Below, piece by piece: positions 37,455 to 47,929 of a DNA stretch of 64,000 nucleotides. How positions within the stretch are numbered: the stretch's first letter is position 1; the number at the start of each line of letters is the position of its first letter. Where the stretch lies: the IMG/VR virus record IMGVR_UViG_3300028581_000013, one strand, 5' to 3'. A program made the translations under genes and the position numbers. The notes under the pieces are model-generated. The model was not told the origin of the DNA and did not search any database. It worked only from the letters and a program-made list of their open reading frames with translations. This DNA comes from a virus.

Positions 37455-39117
37455 AGAATCGTATCGTGATAATCCTTTATTAAAAAGGGTTGGTATACAA
37501 GTTAATTTTACCAAAGAACAAGTTGATGAGTATATCAAATGTTCTAGGGATCCTATCTATTTCGCCAAATACATTAAAATTATTACACTGGACGATGGTG
37601 TAACTGATTTTAAAATGTATAATTTTCAAGAGGACATGATACGAACTTTTCATAAAAATCGTTTTACGATTATGAAATGTCCTCGACAGGTTGGAAAAAC
37701 TACCACCACGGTGGCATACCTTCTTTGGACAATACTATTTCAAGATGCACAGTCTATTGCCGTTCTGGCAAACCGAGGTGAAACTGCTCGTGGAATCCTT
37801 GGTAAATTACAACTAGCGTATGAGAACCTTCCTATGTGGTTACAGCAAGGCGTGGTTGAATGGAATAAAGGTCGAGTAGAGTTAGAGAATGGTTCAGTTA
37901 TTATCGCCTCCTCCACGTCATCCTCAGCGGCTCGTTCTGGTTCGTTTAACATTGTGTTCTTAGACGAGTTTGCTTTCGTACCATCCAATATTGCCACAGA
38001 GTTCTTTACTTCCGTATATCCAGTTATTACTGCTGGTACCAAAACAAAGATTATTATTGTTTCTACACCTAATGGTATGAATCTGTTTTACAAAATATGG
38101 ACAGATGCAATCAATAAGAAAAACAATTATGTACCTTTTGAAGTTCATTGGTCTATGGTACCTGGTCGTGATGATGCTTGGAAAGAAGAAACAATTCGTA
38201 ACACTTCTGAACACCAGTTCCGCCAAGAGTTTGAAACCGAGTTTCTAGGTTCAACCAATACTCTTATTTCTGGTACTAAATTACAAACCATGGCGTACAA
38301 AGAACCTTTGGCACACCATGACAAAATGAATATCTATGAGTATCCTATTAAAGGAGATGATGAAACCACCAAAGACCATTTATATTGTATATGTGTGGAT
38401 GTTTCAGAAGGTAGAAACTTAGATTCCTCAGCATTTTCAATTTTTGACATATCATCCACTCCATATAAACAGGTGGCAACCTACAAGAGTTCTTCAATAT
38501 CTCCAATATTGTTTCCGACCATGATTGTCAATGCAGCCAAGATGTACAATGATGCCTATATCCTTGTGGAGATAAATAATAATCCACAGGTAGCGGATAT
38601 TATACACCAAGATTTTGAATATGAGAATCTTTGGAAGATATTCACAGGTAACAAAAAACCACAACAATTATCTTCAGGCTTTGGTCGTGGTGTTCAGATG
38701 GGACTTAAAATGTCGGTTGCCGTTAAAAGAATTGGTTGTTCAAATCTGAAAACTCTGGTCGAAAGCGATAAACTATTAATACCCGATTTTGACACACTAT
38801 CTGAGTTAACCACTTTTACAGCAAGCAAAACATCTTTTGCTGCTGAGGATGGAGAAAATGATGACTTGGTGATGACTTTAGTTGTTTTTGCTTGGGTGGC
38901 CACACAAAAATACTTTAAGGAAATCGTAAGTCATGATATAAGAAAACAAATCCAGTTGGAAAACTTGAACCAGCTGGATGAAGAAATTTTACCGGCACCT
39001 ATCATTGAAGATGGTAGACAACATAATTTTGAAGTGATGGACGGTGATCTTTGGGAAGTCGCAGATGGCAATGAGGTTTATTCAGGATTCATTAGGGACT
39101 CTTTAAAAAATCTATAA
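37438..39117 (+). CDS. gp17: Terminase large subunit gp17
   Basis: PRQVGKTT Walker A, FLDEFAF, STPNG, DVSEG, DDLVM. Confidence 0.96.
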   Translation: MPAKTKESYRDNPLLKRVGIQVNFTKEQVDEYIKCSRDPIYFAKYIKIITLDDGVTDFKMYNFQEDMIRTFHKNRFTIMKCPRQVGKTTTTVAYLLWTILFQDAQSIAVLANRGETARGILGKLQLAYENLPMWLQQGVVEWNKGRVELENGSVIIASSTSSSAARSGSFNIVFLDEFAFVPSNIATEFFTSVYPVITAGTKTKIIIVSTPNGMNLFYKIWTDAINKKNNYVPFEVHWSMVPGRDDAWKEETIRNTSEHQFRQEFETEFLGSTNTLISGTKLQTMAYKEPLAHHDKMNIYEYPIKGDDETTKDHLYCICVDVSEGRNLDSSAFSIFDISSTPYKQVATYKSSSISPILFPTMIVNAAKMYNDAYILVEINNNPQVADIIHQDFEYENLWKIFTGNKKPQQLSSGFGRGVQMGLKMSVAVKRIGCSNLKTLVESDKLLIPDFDTLSELTTFTASKTSFAAEDGENDDLVMTLVVFAWVATQKYFKEIVSHDIRKQIQLENLNQLDEEILPAPIIEDGRQHNFEVMDGDLWEVADGNEVYSGFIRDSLKNL

Positions 39118-39128
39118 AAGTGACTATT

Positions 39129-39136
39129 CATAAATA
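39129..39136 (+). promoter_or_regulatory. Late promoter CATAAATA
   Basis: Near-consensus element upstream of gp18. Confidence 0.6.
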
Positions 39137-39187
39137 TTAACATGGTATCTTAGTAACCAAAACAAAACAATATCAAGGAGATAACAA

Positions 39188-40900
39188 ATGGCATTTCAAA
39201 TCTCTCCAGGCGTAAATGTATCTGAAGTCGATTTAACGACAGTTGTACCTTCAGTTCTAACTACGGCCGGTGCATTTGCTGGAAAATTCGTATGGGGTCC
39301 AGGAAATAAAATAATTACTGTTGAAAATGAAGTCAATCTTGTAAAGACATTTGGTAAGCCAGATGCAAATACGTTTGCCTCGTTTTTTACAGCCGCCAGC
39401 TTTTTAGCGTATGGTAACAATCTTAAAGTAGCTCGTGCTATTGGCACTGATGCTAAAAATGCTAGTGCAAATTCTAGTGCTACTCAAACTGCGGTTGATA
39501 ATGAAGATACTTTTGAAGCTTCTTATTTAAACAATAGTAACGCCAACGCTTATGGTGCTTTTTTAGCACGTTATCCTGGTGCTTTTGGAAATTCTATTAC
39601 AGTTTCAGTTCTTGATGCTGGTGGAAATTTTAACACATGGAACGTCAACTCTGTTGGAGTTTCTTCATATTTTAATGCCGCTCCAGGTACATCAGCACAA
39701 GCTTCTGCTGCCGGTGCAGCTAACGATGAAGTTCATATTGTAGTTGTTGATTCTGGTGGTTTATTTACCGGTATTAAAAATACTATTTTAGAAGTTTATC
39801 CGTATCTTTCTAAAGGCGTAGATGCTACTGATGCTTTAGGCAATTCAAATTATTACAAAAATGTAATTTTCAATAAATCAAAATATATCTATGCTATAGA
39901 TCCAGTAAGTTATGCCACAACCAACGCCACTTGGGGTGATGCTTTGGCTAATACAAATTATGCAACAGTAGCTACATCAACCACAATTTCTTTAGGTGGT
40001 GGTGTTGAAGATACCCCCTCTGATGCAGAATTACAAACAGCGTATGCATTGTTTACTAATCCAGATGCTGTGGATGTTTCTTTAGTATTGGCAGGTGATG
40101 CTGGAAGTGCAACACAACAATATATTATTGACAATATTGCTAATGCTCGTAAAGATTGTATGGCTTTTATATCTCCTCCATCCTCTACTGTCGTTAACAA
40201 TTCTGGTTCAGAAGTTGATGATATTAAAACATGGCATACAGCGTTGGCTCGTTCGACCTCTTATGCTGTTGCTGATTGTGGTTGGAAATATATGTTTGAC
40301 AAGTATAACAACACATATCGCTATGTTCCATTAAATGGTGACATTGCTGGTACCTGTGTATATACAGACTCGGTACGTGATCCATGGTTTTCACCAGCAG
40401 GATTTAACCGTGGCAATTTAAAGAATGTTACTAAACTGTCTTGGAATCCTAATAAAACAGAAAGAGATTCTTTGTATGCCATTGGTATTAATCCAGTTGG
40501 AACTTTCCCTGGCCAAGGTACTGTGTTGTTTGGCGACAAAACACTACAAACAAAACCATCTGCATTTGACAGAATTAACGTCCGCAGATTGTTTATTGTA
40601 ATGGAGAAAGCAATATCTACAGCTGCCAAGTTCTCATTGTTTGAGTTCAATGACGAATTTACTCGCAACCAATTTGTTGCATTAGTTACACCTTTCCTCC
40701 GTGATATTCAAGGTCGCCGTGGCATCTATGACTATCGTGTTGTTTGTGATACTACAAATAATACATCACAAGTTATTGATTCCAATCAATTCGTTGGCGA
40801 TATCTATATCAAACCTGCTCGTGCAATCAACTTCATTCAGTTGAGCTTCGTAGCAGTAAGAACTGGTGTAGACTTTACTGAAATCGTTGGTAGAACTTAA
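39188..40900 (+). CDS. gp18: Tail sheath protein gp18
   Basis: SPGV...E.DLT, PWFSPAG..RG, FDRINVRRLF, FEFND. Confidence 0.96.
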   Translation: MAFQISPGVNVSEVDLTTVVPSVLTTAGAFAGKFVWGPGNKIITVENEVNLVKTFGKPDANTFASFFTAASFLAYGNNLKVARAIGTDAKNASANSSATQTAVDNEDTFEASYLNNSNANAYGAFLARYPGAFGNSITVSVLDAGGNFNTWNVNSVGVSSYFNAAPGTSAQASAAGAANDEVHIVVVDSGGLFTGIKNTILEVYPYLSKGVDATDALGNSNYYKNVIFNKSKYIYAIDPVSYATTNATWGDALANTNYATVATSTTISLGGGVEDTPSDAELQTAYALFTNPDAVDVSLVLAGDAGSATQQYIIDNIANARKDCMAFISPPSSTVVNNSGSEVDDIKTWHTALARSTSYAVADCGWKYMFDKYNNTYRYVPLNGDIAGTCVYTDSVRDPWFSPAGFNRGNLKNVTKLSWNPNKTERDSLYAIGINPVGTFPGQGTVLFGDKTLQTKPSAFDRINVRRLFIVMEKAISTAAKFSLFEFNDEFTRNQFVALVTPFLRDIQGRRGIYDYRVVCDTTNNTSQVIDSNQFVGDIYIKPARAINFIQLSFVAVRTGVDFTEIVGRT

Positions 40901-40928
40901 TAAATAATTCAACGAATAGGAGAAAAAA

Positions 40929-41471
40929 ATGGCATTTAATGTAGCAGAATTTAGATCAAATATGATTGGTGACGGGGCCCGTCCCAATCTATTCCAGGTC
41001 TCTCTGGTATTTCCAACAATCGCCGCAGGCGGTACAGCAGCAGGTCAAAAAGCCACTTTTCAGGCTAAGTCAGCACAATTACCTGGTGCAACAATTGGTA
41101 CTGTTCCTTTATACTACTTTGGTCGTGAACTAAAGTTTGCTGGTAATAGAACATTTACTGACTGGACACTTCAGATTATTAACGATGAAGATTTTACTAT
41201 CCGCAATGCAATGGAATCTTGGATGAATTCAATTAATAGTCACGCTGGAAATTTACGTAATAGTCAAGCAGCTGCGCCTTCTGGTTACTCAGTCGATGCA
41301 CTGGTTACACAATACGGTAAAACTGGCGATGAACTGAAGTATTATAAATTTGTTGGAATGTTTCCTGTTGATATTGCTCCAATCGATTTGGATTGGGGCT
41401 CGAATGATGTTATCGAAGAATATGCGGTAACATTTGCCTATCAATGGTGGGAAGCTGAGCAGACAAGTTAA
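40929..41471 (+). CDS. gp19: Tail tube protein gp19
   Basis: GARPNLF.V, GR..K.AG.RTF..W, NDEDF.IR. Confidence 0.95.
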   Translation: MAFNVAEFRSNMIGDGARPNLFQVSLVFPTIAAGGTAAGQKATFQAKSAQLPGATIGTVPLYYFGRELKFAGNRTFTDWTLQIINDEDFTIRNAMESWMNSINSHAGNLRNSQAAAPSGYSVDALVTQYGKTGDELKYYKFVGMFPVDIAPIDLDWGSNDVIEEYAVTFAYQWWEAEQTS

Positions 41472-41486
41472 TATACATTATTATAC

Positions 41487-41508
41487 GGAGAGAATTTTGG
41501 TTCTCTCC
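41487..41508 (+). terminator. Hairpin after gp19
   Basis: ggagagaa-ttttgg-ttctctcc with a T-run shortly downstream. Confidence 0.55.
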
Positions 41509-41539
41509 ATCATGTTTTTTTGAATTGGAATAAAATACT

Positions 41540-43186
41540 ATGGCAAATAAATTCTCACTTTTTGGCTTTACAATAGCACGAAATAAGGAAGAACAATTCC
41601 AAGAAGTGCAACAATCTTTCACGCCTCCAGCAAACGAGGACGGTGCTCTTACTATTACTTCTGCCGCATATTATGGTACATATGTTGATCTAGACGGCAC
41701 AGCAAAAAATGATGTTGAATTAATTTCTCGTTATCGTGAAATGTCAATGCAGCCAGAAATTGAGTCTGCACTTGATGATATCGTAGGAGAAGCCATTTGT
41801 CAAGATGATGATGGCCAAATTATTAAATTGGTTTTAGATGATTTAAAACAACCAGAAAAAATCAAATCTGCCATTAAAGCTGAATTTGAAACAATCATGC
41901 GCCTGTTAAATTATAAGAACATGGCACAAGATATCTTCCGCAGATACTATGTAGATGGTCGTCTATTTTATCATCTTATTGTTGATAAAGCCAAACCAAT
42001 GGAAGGTATTAAAGAATTACGATATATTGATCCACGAAAGTTAAGAAAAATTCGTGAGATGAAGAAAGAAAAAGATCCAAGAACCGGTGTTGAAGTGATG
42101 AAAGTAATCAACGAATATTATATATTCAATGACAAAGTTACTACAGGTGCTTCTTCAAACTTTGGACCAGTTGGTGTTCGTATTACAACCGATTCTATTG
42201 TTTCTGTTGTGTCTGGATTGATGGATTCTCGCCGGGCTGTTGTGTTATCTTATCTACACAAAGCAATTAAACCATTAAATCAGTTACGTATGATTGAAGA
42301 TGCCACAGTTATCTATCGTATCTCACGTGCACCTGAGCGTAGAATATTTTATATTGATGTAGGTAATCTGCCTAAGTTAAAAGCGGAACAATACCTCCGT
42401 GATATTATGGTCAAATATAAAAACAAACTGGTCTATGATGCCAACACAGGCGAGATTCGTGATGACCGTAAGTTCTTATCAATGATGGAAGATTTTTGGT
42501 TACCACGCCGTGAAGGTGGTAAAGGCACAGAGATTACAACATTACCTGGAGGTCAAAATCTAGGTGAATTAGAAGATGTAAAGTATTTTGAAAAGAAACT
42601 TTACAAGGCTTTAAACGTTCCAATCTCTCGATTAGAACCAAATCAAGGGTTTTCTCTTGGCCGAGTAGCCGAAGTTACTCGTGACGAACTTAAATTTTCT
42701 AAGTTTGTTGATCGGTTACGTAATAAGTTTTCTGATTTGTTTGACCAAGCAATGCGAGTACAATGTGTATTAAAAGGCATTTGTACAGCAGAGGAATGGG
42801 AATCATTTAAAGAACACATTCATTATGACTTTATTAAAGACAACAACTTTACAGAACTTAAAGATGCTGAATTAATGAAAGAGCGACTTTCATTGTTAGG
42901 ATCAGTTGATCCCTACACGGGTCGTTATTTTTCACAATCTTGGATTCAAAGAAATGTGTTGCGTTTAACAGATGATGAGATTAAAGAAATGCAGGTTGAG
43001 ATGGACGAAGAAAAAGAAGCTGGTCTTGGACTGCCTGTTGGTGTTACGAATGATGTGGCACAAGCACAGATGATGTCTAATGTACCACAACAACCAACTC
43101 ATCCTGATGATTTAGAAGCACAGGCAGATACCAAAAAACAACAAGAAGAAGTCAATATCATAACTAAATTGAAGCGAATATTATAA
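41540..43186 (+). CDS. gp20: Portal protein gp20
   Basis: SYLHKAIK..NQLRM.ED..VIYR.SRAPERRIFYIDVGNLP, EDFWLPRREGG.GTEI.TLPGG. Confidence 0.97.
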   Translation: MANKFSLFGFTIARNKEEQFQEVQQSFTPPANEDGALTITSAAYYGTYVDLDGTAKNDVELISRYREMSMQPEIESALDDIVGEAICQDDDGQIIKLVLDDLKQPEKIKSAIKAEFETIMRLLNYKNMAQDIFRRYYVDGRLFYHLIVDKAKPMEGIKELRYIDPRKLRKIREMKKEKDPRTGVEVMKVINEYYIFNDKVTTGASSNFGPVGVRITTDSIVSVVSGLMDSRRAVVLSYLHKAIKPLNQLRMIEDATVIYRISRAPERRIFYIDVGNLPKLKAEQYLRDIMVKYKNKLVYDANTGEIRDDRKFLSMMEDFWLPRREGGKGTEITTLPGGQNLGELEDVKYFEKKLYKALNVPISRLEPNQGFSLGRVAEVTRDELKFSKFVDRLRNKFSDLFDQAMRVQCVLKGICTAEEWESFKEHIHYDFIKDNNFTELKDAELMKERLSLLGSVDPYTGRYFSQSWIQRNVLRLTDDEIKEMQVEMDEEKEAGLGLPVGVTNDVAQAQMMSNVPQQPTHPDDLEAQADTKKQQEEVNIITKLKRIL

Positions 43187-43189
43187 ATA
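43182..43189 (+). promoter_or_regulatory. Late promoter TATAAATA
   Basis: Exact consensus at the end of gp20. Confidence 0.65.
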
Positions 43190-43207
43190 TTTTTGGAGAA
43201 AAAACAA

Positions 43208-43435
43208 ATGGATACGAAACAAATTATTGATTATGCTTACCAAGATAATGGTGTTGCATTTAAAGATGCCTTGTATGCATCAATACATGATAAGGTAACG
43301 GCTCATATAGAAGCCAAAAAGCAAGAAATTGCACAGAATTTAATAGCACAGAATAATGAACCATCTGAAGCAACAGCACAAGATGTTGCTATCGGTGTAC
43401 CAGAAACACAGGAAACGGCAAGTGAAAACACTTAA
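43208..43435 (+). CDS. Small prohead core protein (gp67 position)
   Basis: Synteny after gp20; GGAG RBS favours ATG 43208; acidic tail. Confidence 0.55.
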   Translation: MDTKQIIDYAYQDNGVAFKDALYASIHDKVTAHIEAKKQEIAQNLIAQNNEPSEATAQDVAIGVPETQETASENT

Positions 43436-43643
43436 AGAGTTTCGTAACCATCAAATTGACGAGGCAAAACTGCCGGCAGATCCGCCAGCGGTTATGCTTA
43501 TGAAAAGACAGTCAATTCGACAGTTTGGTGATGGACAAAGAGTGGCTCTTTATTATGTGGATAAAATTAATAAATACATTACCATACCATATAACGCATC
43601 ACAATGGTCATTAACAATACCAGAAGAATTTAAACAGGAATAA
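43422..43643 (+). CDS. Hypothetical head-region protein
   Basis: Probable GTG start (MKTLKEFR...); PP...MKR..IR.F..GQRVALY. Confidence 0.55.
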   Translation: MKTLKEFRNHQIDEAKLPADPPAVMLMKRQSIRQFGDGQRVALYYVDKINKYITIPYNASQWSLTIPEEFKQE

Positions 43644-43646
43644 AAA

Positions 43647-44177
43647 ATGCCAAATTCATTTACATATCAAGTAATAAAAGATACTACAGAAAGTGCAGTG
43701 ATTAAACTTACTGGTAATTTTGATGGTTCGGGCCAAGAAGATAATACTGCTCGAATTCAAGCAAACACTTTATATGGTGCACTTGATGCAAACAATGTTC
43801 CTTTGCGTTCGGCTTTAAGTCAAAGTAATACAGCAAAATCATTTTATGGATTATCGGTAAACCGTATGTGGTATACTGTTTCTGCAGGAGCACTAGTTCA
43901 GTTACAATGGACCGCCTCAACATCTTTACCTATTTGTAATGTTATTGGTAGTGCTGAGTATGATGGTGCATCAAACTGGCCTACTATTCCAAATAATGCC
44001 GAAGGTGCTGCAGGATGTAATGGAAACATTGGCATATCTACAAAAGGTATGGCAGCAAATGGTGCATATACAATTATATTAGATATTCGTAAACATAATG
44101 AATACTATCAGCGTGGTCAGTTTAATGATCCGGCTGCATTTAACTTTGGTAGTTATTCTTTAAGACCTGCTCCATAA
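43647..44177 (+). CDS. Hypothetical virion protein
   Basis: Beta-rich protein within the head cluster; RBS present. Confidence 0.55.
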   Translation: MPNSFTYQVIKDTTESAVIKLTGNFDGSGQEDNTARIQANTLYGALDANNVPLRSALSQSNTAKSFYGLSVNRMWYTVSAGALVQLQWTASTSLPICNVIGSAEYDGASNWPTIPNNAEGAAGCNGNIGISTKGMAANGAYTIILDIRKHNEYYQRGQFNDPAAFNFGSYSLRPAP

Positions 44178-44614
44178 TGAGTGAGTTTGTTTCAAAACTT
44201 CTTTCTAATAATGTTTTAGAAGCAAAAAACGTTTTAGATGAAAAATTAAAAAAGTTGATTGAAAACAAAATCAACCAAATAAAACTCCGCATGGCGGCAG
44301 AAATGTTTGAAGATTGTGGTGTTGAAGTAGATTTTGAAATAGAAAATATTGCTGAAGGCAATATAATGAAAATGGGTAGAACCAAAATGGTTCGGATCCG
44401 TATTCGTGCTGGTAAAGTACAAAGACGTAAAAAGTTATCTGCTGTACCTGGTTTTACGATTCGTGGTGGGAAAATGATTCGAATGTCACCCATGGAACGC
44501 AGACATCGTAAAATGGCAGCCAGAAGAGCTAAGTTTAAAAGACGGGCTAAAATGAGCCAGTCTTTAAGAAAAAGAAGGATATCACTCAGAAGAAGAGGAA
44601 CATACGGATTATGA
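44177..44614 (+). CDS. Prohead core protein (gp68-like) with very basic C-terminus
   Basis: Immediately precedes gp21; Arg/Lys-rich tail. Confidence 0.65.
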   Translation: MSEFVSKLLSNNVLEAKNVLDEKLKKLIENKINQIKLRMAAEMFEDCGVEVDFEIENIAEGNIMKMGRTKMVRIRIRAGKVQRRKKLSAVPGFTIRGGKMIRMSPMERRHRKMAARRAKFKRRAKMSQSLRKRRISLRRRGTYGL

Positions 44615-45255
44615 AATTAATCAAAGAAATAACCGAAACTGTTAGTTATCTTGTAGAAGATTCTAATGGTAAAAAGTCTTTACATATAGAAGGACCGTTC
44701 CTGGTTGCTGAGAAGAAAAATCGTAATGGTCGTCTGTATGAGTATAACACCATGAAAAAAGAAGTTTCCAGATACACGGAAGAATATATTAACAAACACC
44801 GTGCTTTTGGTGAACTAGGTCATCCAGAATCTCCATCTATTAACTTAGACCGAGTTTCACACATGATTACATCTTTAAAAGAAGATGGTAACCAATGGAT
44901 TGGTAAAGCAAAAATTTTAGATACTCCTATGGGTAATATCGCCAAAAGTCTTATTGAAGGCGGTGCTCAATTAGGTGTATCTTCACGGGGCATGGGCTCA
45001 CTAAAGAATGTCAATGGAGTTAATGTCGTTCAGCCCGATTTTTATCTAGCCACAGCGGCAGATATAGTAGCAGATCCTTCTGCGCCTGGAGCATTTGTTC
45101 AAGGCATTATGGAAGGTAAAGAATGGATGTTAGTCAACGGTGTTTGGACCGAAGTCGAATACACTCAAGCCGTCAATGAAATTAGGAAGGCAACGAGTAA
45201 GGAAATCGAAGAAGTAAGTCTACGCATTTTTGAGAACTTCATGAAAAAACTTTAA
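44611..45255 (+). CDS. gp21: Prohead protease gp21
   Basis: NRNGR.Y, GELGHP, LGVSSRG.GSL, DIVADPSAP.AFV.GIME. Confidence 0.96.
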   Translation: MKLIKEITETVSYLVEDSNGKKSLHIEGPFLVAEKKNRNGRLYEYNTMKKEVSRYTEEYINKHRAFGELGHPESPSINLDRVSHMITSLKEDGNQWIGKAKILDTPMGNIAKSLIEGGAQLGVSSRGMGSLKNVNGVNVVQPDFYLATAADIVADPSAPGAFVQGIMEGKEWMLVNGVWTEVEYTQAVNEIRKATSKEIEEVSLRIFENFMKKL

Positions 45256-45256
45256 A

Positions 45257-45264
45257 TATAAATA
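45257..45264 (+). promoter_or_regulatory. Late promoter TATAAATA
   Basis: Exact consensus upstream of gp22/gp23. Confidence 0.7.
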
Positions 45265-45292
45265 TCCAATATAAATCAAGGAGATTTTCAAA

Positions 45293-46483
45293 ATGGCAAA
45301 ATTTAATCTGTCTGAAGCCGCTAAAGAAATACTTTCTGCATCTGTAACAAGCAAAAAGTCTGGCCAAGATAAACCACAAAAATTAACTGGCGATGTTGCT
45401 TACGGCACAAAAGAAGCTGGCGACATTGGTACAGAAGTTACTAAAACAACCGATGCTGGTCCAGATGCAACTAAGGGTGCTCCAACAGCAACCGCTCCTG
45501 GTGCCACACCTCCTGTAGGTTCTGAGCCAATGAAGAAGTTGGCAAAGCAACCACAAGAGCAAGGTTCTAATGAGCAACCAGAAGGCAAAGCTGCTTCACA
45601 GAAGTTTGCTAAAAATCCTGGTGCCACATTCCAGTCTTATGGCGAAGAAACTGAAGCTGAAGAAGAAGTTATTGCTGAAGCTGAAAAAGAAGAAGGCCAT
45701 GATGATGAAAAACAAGATAAAGCCATGATCAAAAAAATGATTAACAAAGAAAAAATGAAGGAAGATATTGACGCTTTAATGTCTGGCGAAAATCTTTCTG
45801 AAGAATTCGTACAAAAAGCTGCCACAATATTTGAAGCTGCCGTTGTTGCACGTGCAGAAGAAGTTATTGCTGAAGCTGAAGCCGAGTTACTTGAGCAATT
45901 TGAAAGTGCCATTGAAGAAGTTAAAGAAGATTTGGCAACTAAAGTTGACGATTACCTAAACTATGTTGTTGAGCAATGGATGAAAGAAAATGAAATTGCA
46001 ATCGAGAAAGGCCTACGTGCTGAGATTGTTGAAGATTTCATTGGCGGTTTACGCAATCTATTCATTGAGCATTACATCGACATTCCTGCCGACAAGGTAG
46101 ACGTTGTTGAAGAACTCACAACACGAGTTGAAGAACTTGAGGCTTCTTTAAATGAGCAGATTACTCATGGTATCGAACTTAAAAAAGAATTAAACGAACA
46201 GAAAAAAATTGAGGCTATCTACACAGCGTGTGAAGGCCTGACGCAGACCCAAGTAGAAAAATTAAAATCACTCGCAGAGGGTGTGGAATTTACTACTGAG
46301 GGAGAGTTTGTCGAAAAACTATCCACTTTAAAAGAATCATATTTTAAAACGGAAGTTAAAGTAGCAGACAATTCCGCTCTAGATGATGAAGTCGATATTG
46401 AAGAAGAAAAGAAGGTTGTAAAATCTTCCGATCCTTTGATGGAAGTTTACTCAAAAGCAATTTCACAAACTGTAAACAAATAA
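45293..46483 (+). CDS. gp22: Prohead scaffolding protein gp22
   Basis: LSEEF..KA.TIFEAAV, VD.YL.YV...W..EN. Confidence 0.92.
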   Translation: MAKFNLSEAAKEILSASVTSKKSGQDKPQKLTGDVAYGTKEAGDIGTEVTKTTDAGPDATKGAPTATAPGATPPVGSEPMKKLAKQPQEQGSNEQPEGKAASQKFAKNPGATFQSYGEETEAEEEVIAEAEKEEGHDDEKQDKAMIKKMINKEKMKEDIDALMSGENLSEEFVQKAATIFEAAVVARAEEVIAEAEAELLEQFESAIEEVKEDLATKVDDYLNYVVEQWMKENEIAIEKGLRAEIVEDFIGGLRNLFIEHYIDIPADKVDVVEELTTRVEELEASLNEQITHGIELKKELNEQKKIEAIYTACEGLTQTQVEKLKSLAEGVEFTTEGEFVEKLSTLKESYFKTEVKVADNSALDDEVDIEEEKKVVKSSDPLMEVYSKAISQTVNK

Positions 46484-46514
46484 TAACAAATATACAACAA
46501 AAGGAAAACAAAAA

Positions 46515-47843
46515 ATGTATATGACTGAAGAACTACAAAAAAAATGGACACCAGTTTTGGAGCATCCAGAACTTGAAGCCATTAAAGACCCATACAAGCG
46601 TGCTGTTACAGCTCTCGTATTAGAGAACCAACAACAAGCTATGTCGCAAGACCGTATGGCCCTAAACGAAGTTACTGTAACAGGTCCAGAGAATGCTACT
46701 GGCAATGCAATTCAGAACTTTGATCCAATTTTGATCAGCTTGGTACGCCGTGCTCTGCCAAATCTAATCGCTTATGACGTTGCTGGTGTTCAACCAATGA
46801 CAGGTCCTACCGGTTTGATTTTTGCAATGCGTGCTCGTTACAGTACACAAGACGGTACTGAGGCTTTCTTCAATGAGCCAAATACACAGTTCTCTGGTTC
46901 TGTATCTGCAACAAACCCATACGGTTTCCAAGGTACAACAGCACAAGATACAGCTAACACATTCCAAAATCCAGCATCATTGACAACTACCTCTGGTATT
47001 GCAATGCCAACAGCTAACGCTGAAATTTTGGGTTCTGATAGTCCTGCTAATGCTTTCCAGCAAATGGCATTCTCTATCGAGAAAGTAACTGTAACAGCTC
47101 AAAGCCGTGCCTTGAAAGCTGAGTATTCTTTAGAACTTGCACAAGACTTAAAAGCGATTCATGGTCTTGATGCTGAAACAGAATTGTCTAACATTCTGTC
47201 TACAGAAATCCTTGCTGAGATCAACCGTGAAGTTATTCGTACCATTTACACGACTGCCGTTGCCGGTGCTCAGTATGGTACAACAACTGCTGGTTTCTTT
47301 GACCTCGATACAGATTCCAACGGCCGTTGGTCTGTTGAGCGTTTCAAGGGCCTCATTTTCCAAATTGAGCGTGATGCTAACGTAATTGCTAAGCAGACTC
47401 GCCGTGGAAAAGGTAACGTATTGATCGTTTCTTCTGACGTTGCTTCCGCTATGGCAATGGCTGGTGTATTGCAATATACTCCTGCTTTGTCTGCTGATTT
47501 GCAAGTAGATGACACAGGCAATACATTTGCTGGTCTCCTCCATGGTCGTATCAAGGTTTACATCGACCCATACTTTGGTGGATACACAAGCAACCAAGAA
47601 CTAGTAACCATCGGTTACAAAGGTTCTAGCCCATACGATGCTGGATTGTTCTATTGCCCATACGTTCCATTACAGATGGTTCGTGCTGTAGACCAGTTCA
47701 CATTCCAACCAAAGATTGGTTTCAAAACTCGTTACGGAATGGTAGCCAACCCATTCGCCAAGGGTTCTTTGGTAGGCAATGGTGCTTTGACAGAGCGTTC
47801 AAACGTTTACTATCGTTTGTTTGGCGTCAAAAACCTAATGTGA
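46515..47843 (+). CDS. gp23: Major capsid protein gp23
   Basis: LISLVRR..PNL.AYD..GVQPM.GPTGLIFAMR, SRALKAEY..ELAQDLKA.HGLDAE, FQPKIGFKTRYG. Confidence 0.98.
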   Translation: MYMTEELQKKWTPVLEHPELEAIKDPYKRAVTALVLENQQQAMSQDRMALNEVTVTGPENATGNAIQNFDPILISLVRRALPNLIAYDVAGVQPMTGPTGLIFAMRARYSTQDGTEAFFNEPNTQFSGSVSATNPYGFQGTTAQDTANTFQNPASLTTTSGIAMPTANAEILGSDSPANAFQQMAFSIEKVTVTAQSRALKAEYSLELAQDLKAIHGLDAETELSNILSTEILAEINREVIRTIYTTAVAGAQYGTTTAGFFDLDTDSNGRWSVERFKGLIFQIERDANVIAKQTRRGKGNVLIVSSDVASAMAMAGVLQYTPALSADLQVDDTGNTFAGLLHGRIKVYIDPYFGGYTSNQELVTIGYKGSSPYDAGLFYCPYVPLQMVRAVDQFTFQPKIGFKTRYGMVANPFAKGSLVGNGALTERSNVYYRLFGVKNLM

Positions 47844-47874
47844 TGCATTGAGTCCTCGTTAAGAAGGACATTTG

Positions 47875-47901
47875 GAAAGGGACTTCGGTCCCTTTCTTTT
47901 T
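47875..47901 (+). terminator. Rho-independent terminator after gp23
   Basis: gaaagggac-TTCG-gtccctttc followed by a T-run. Confidence 0.9.
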
Positions 47902-47929
47902 GCAATCAATTACATGGAATTCTTTACCA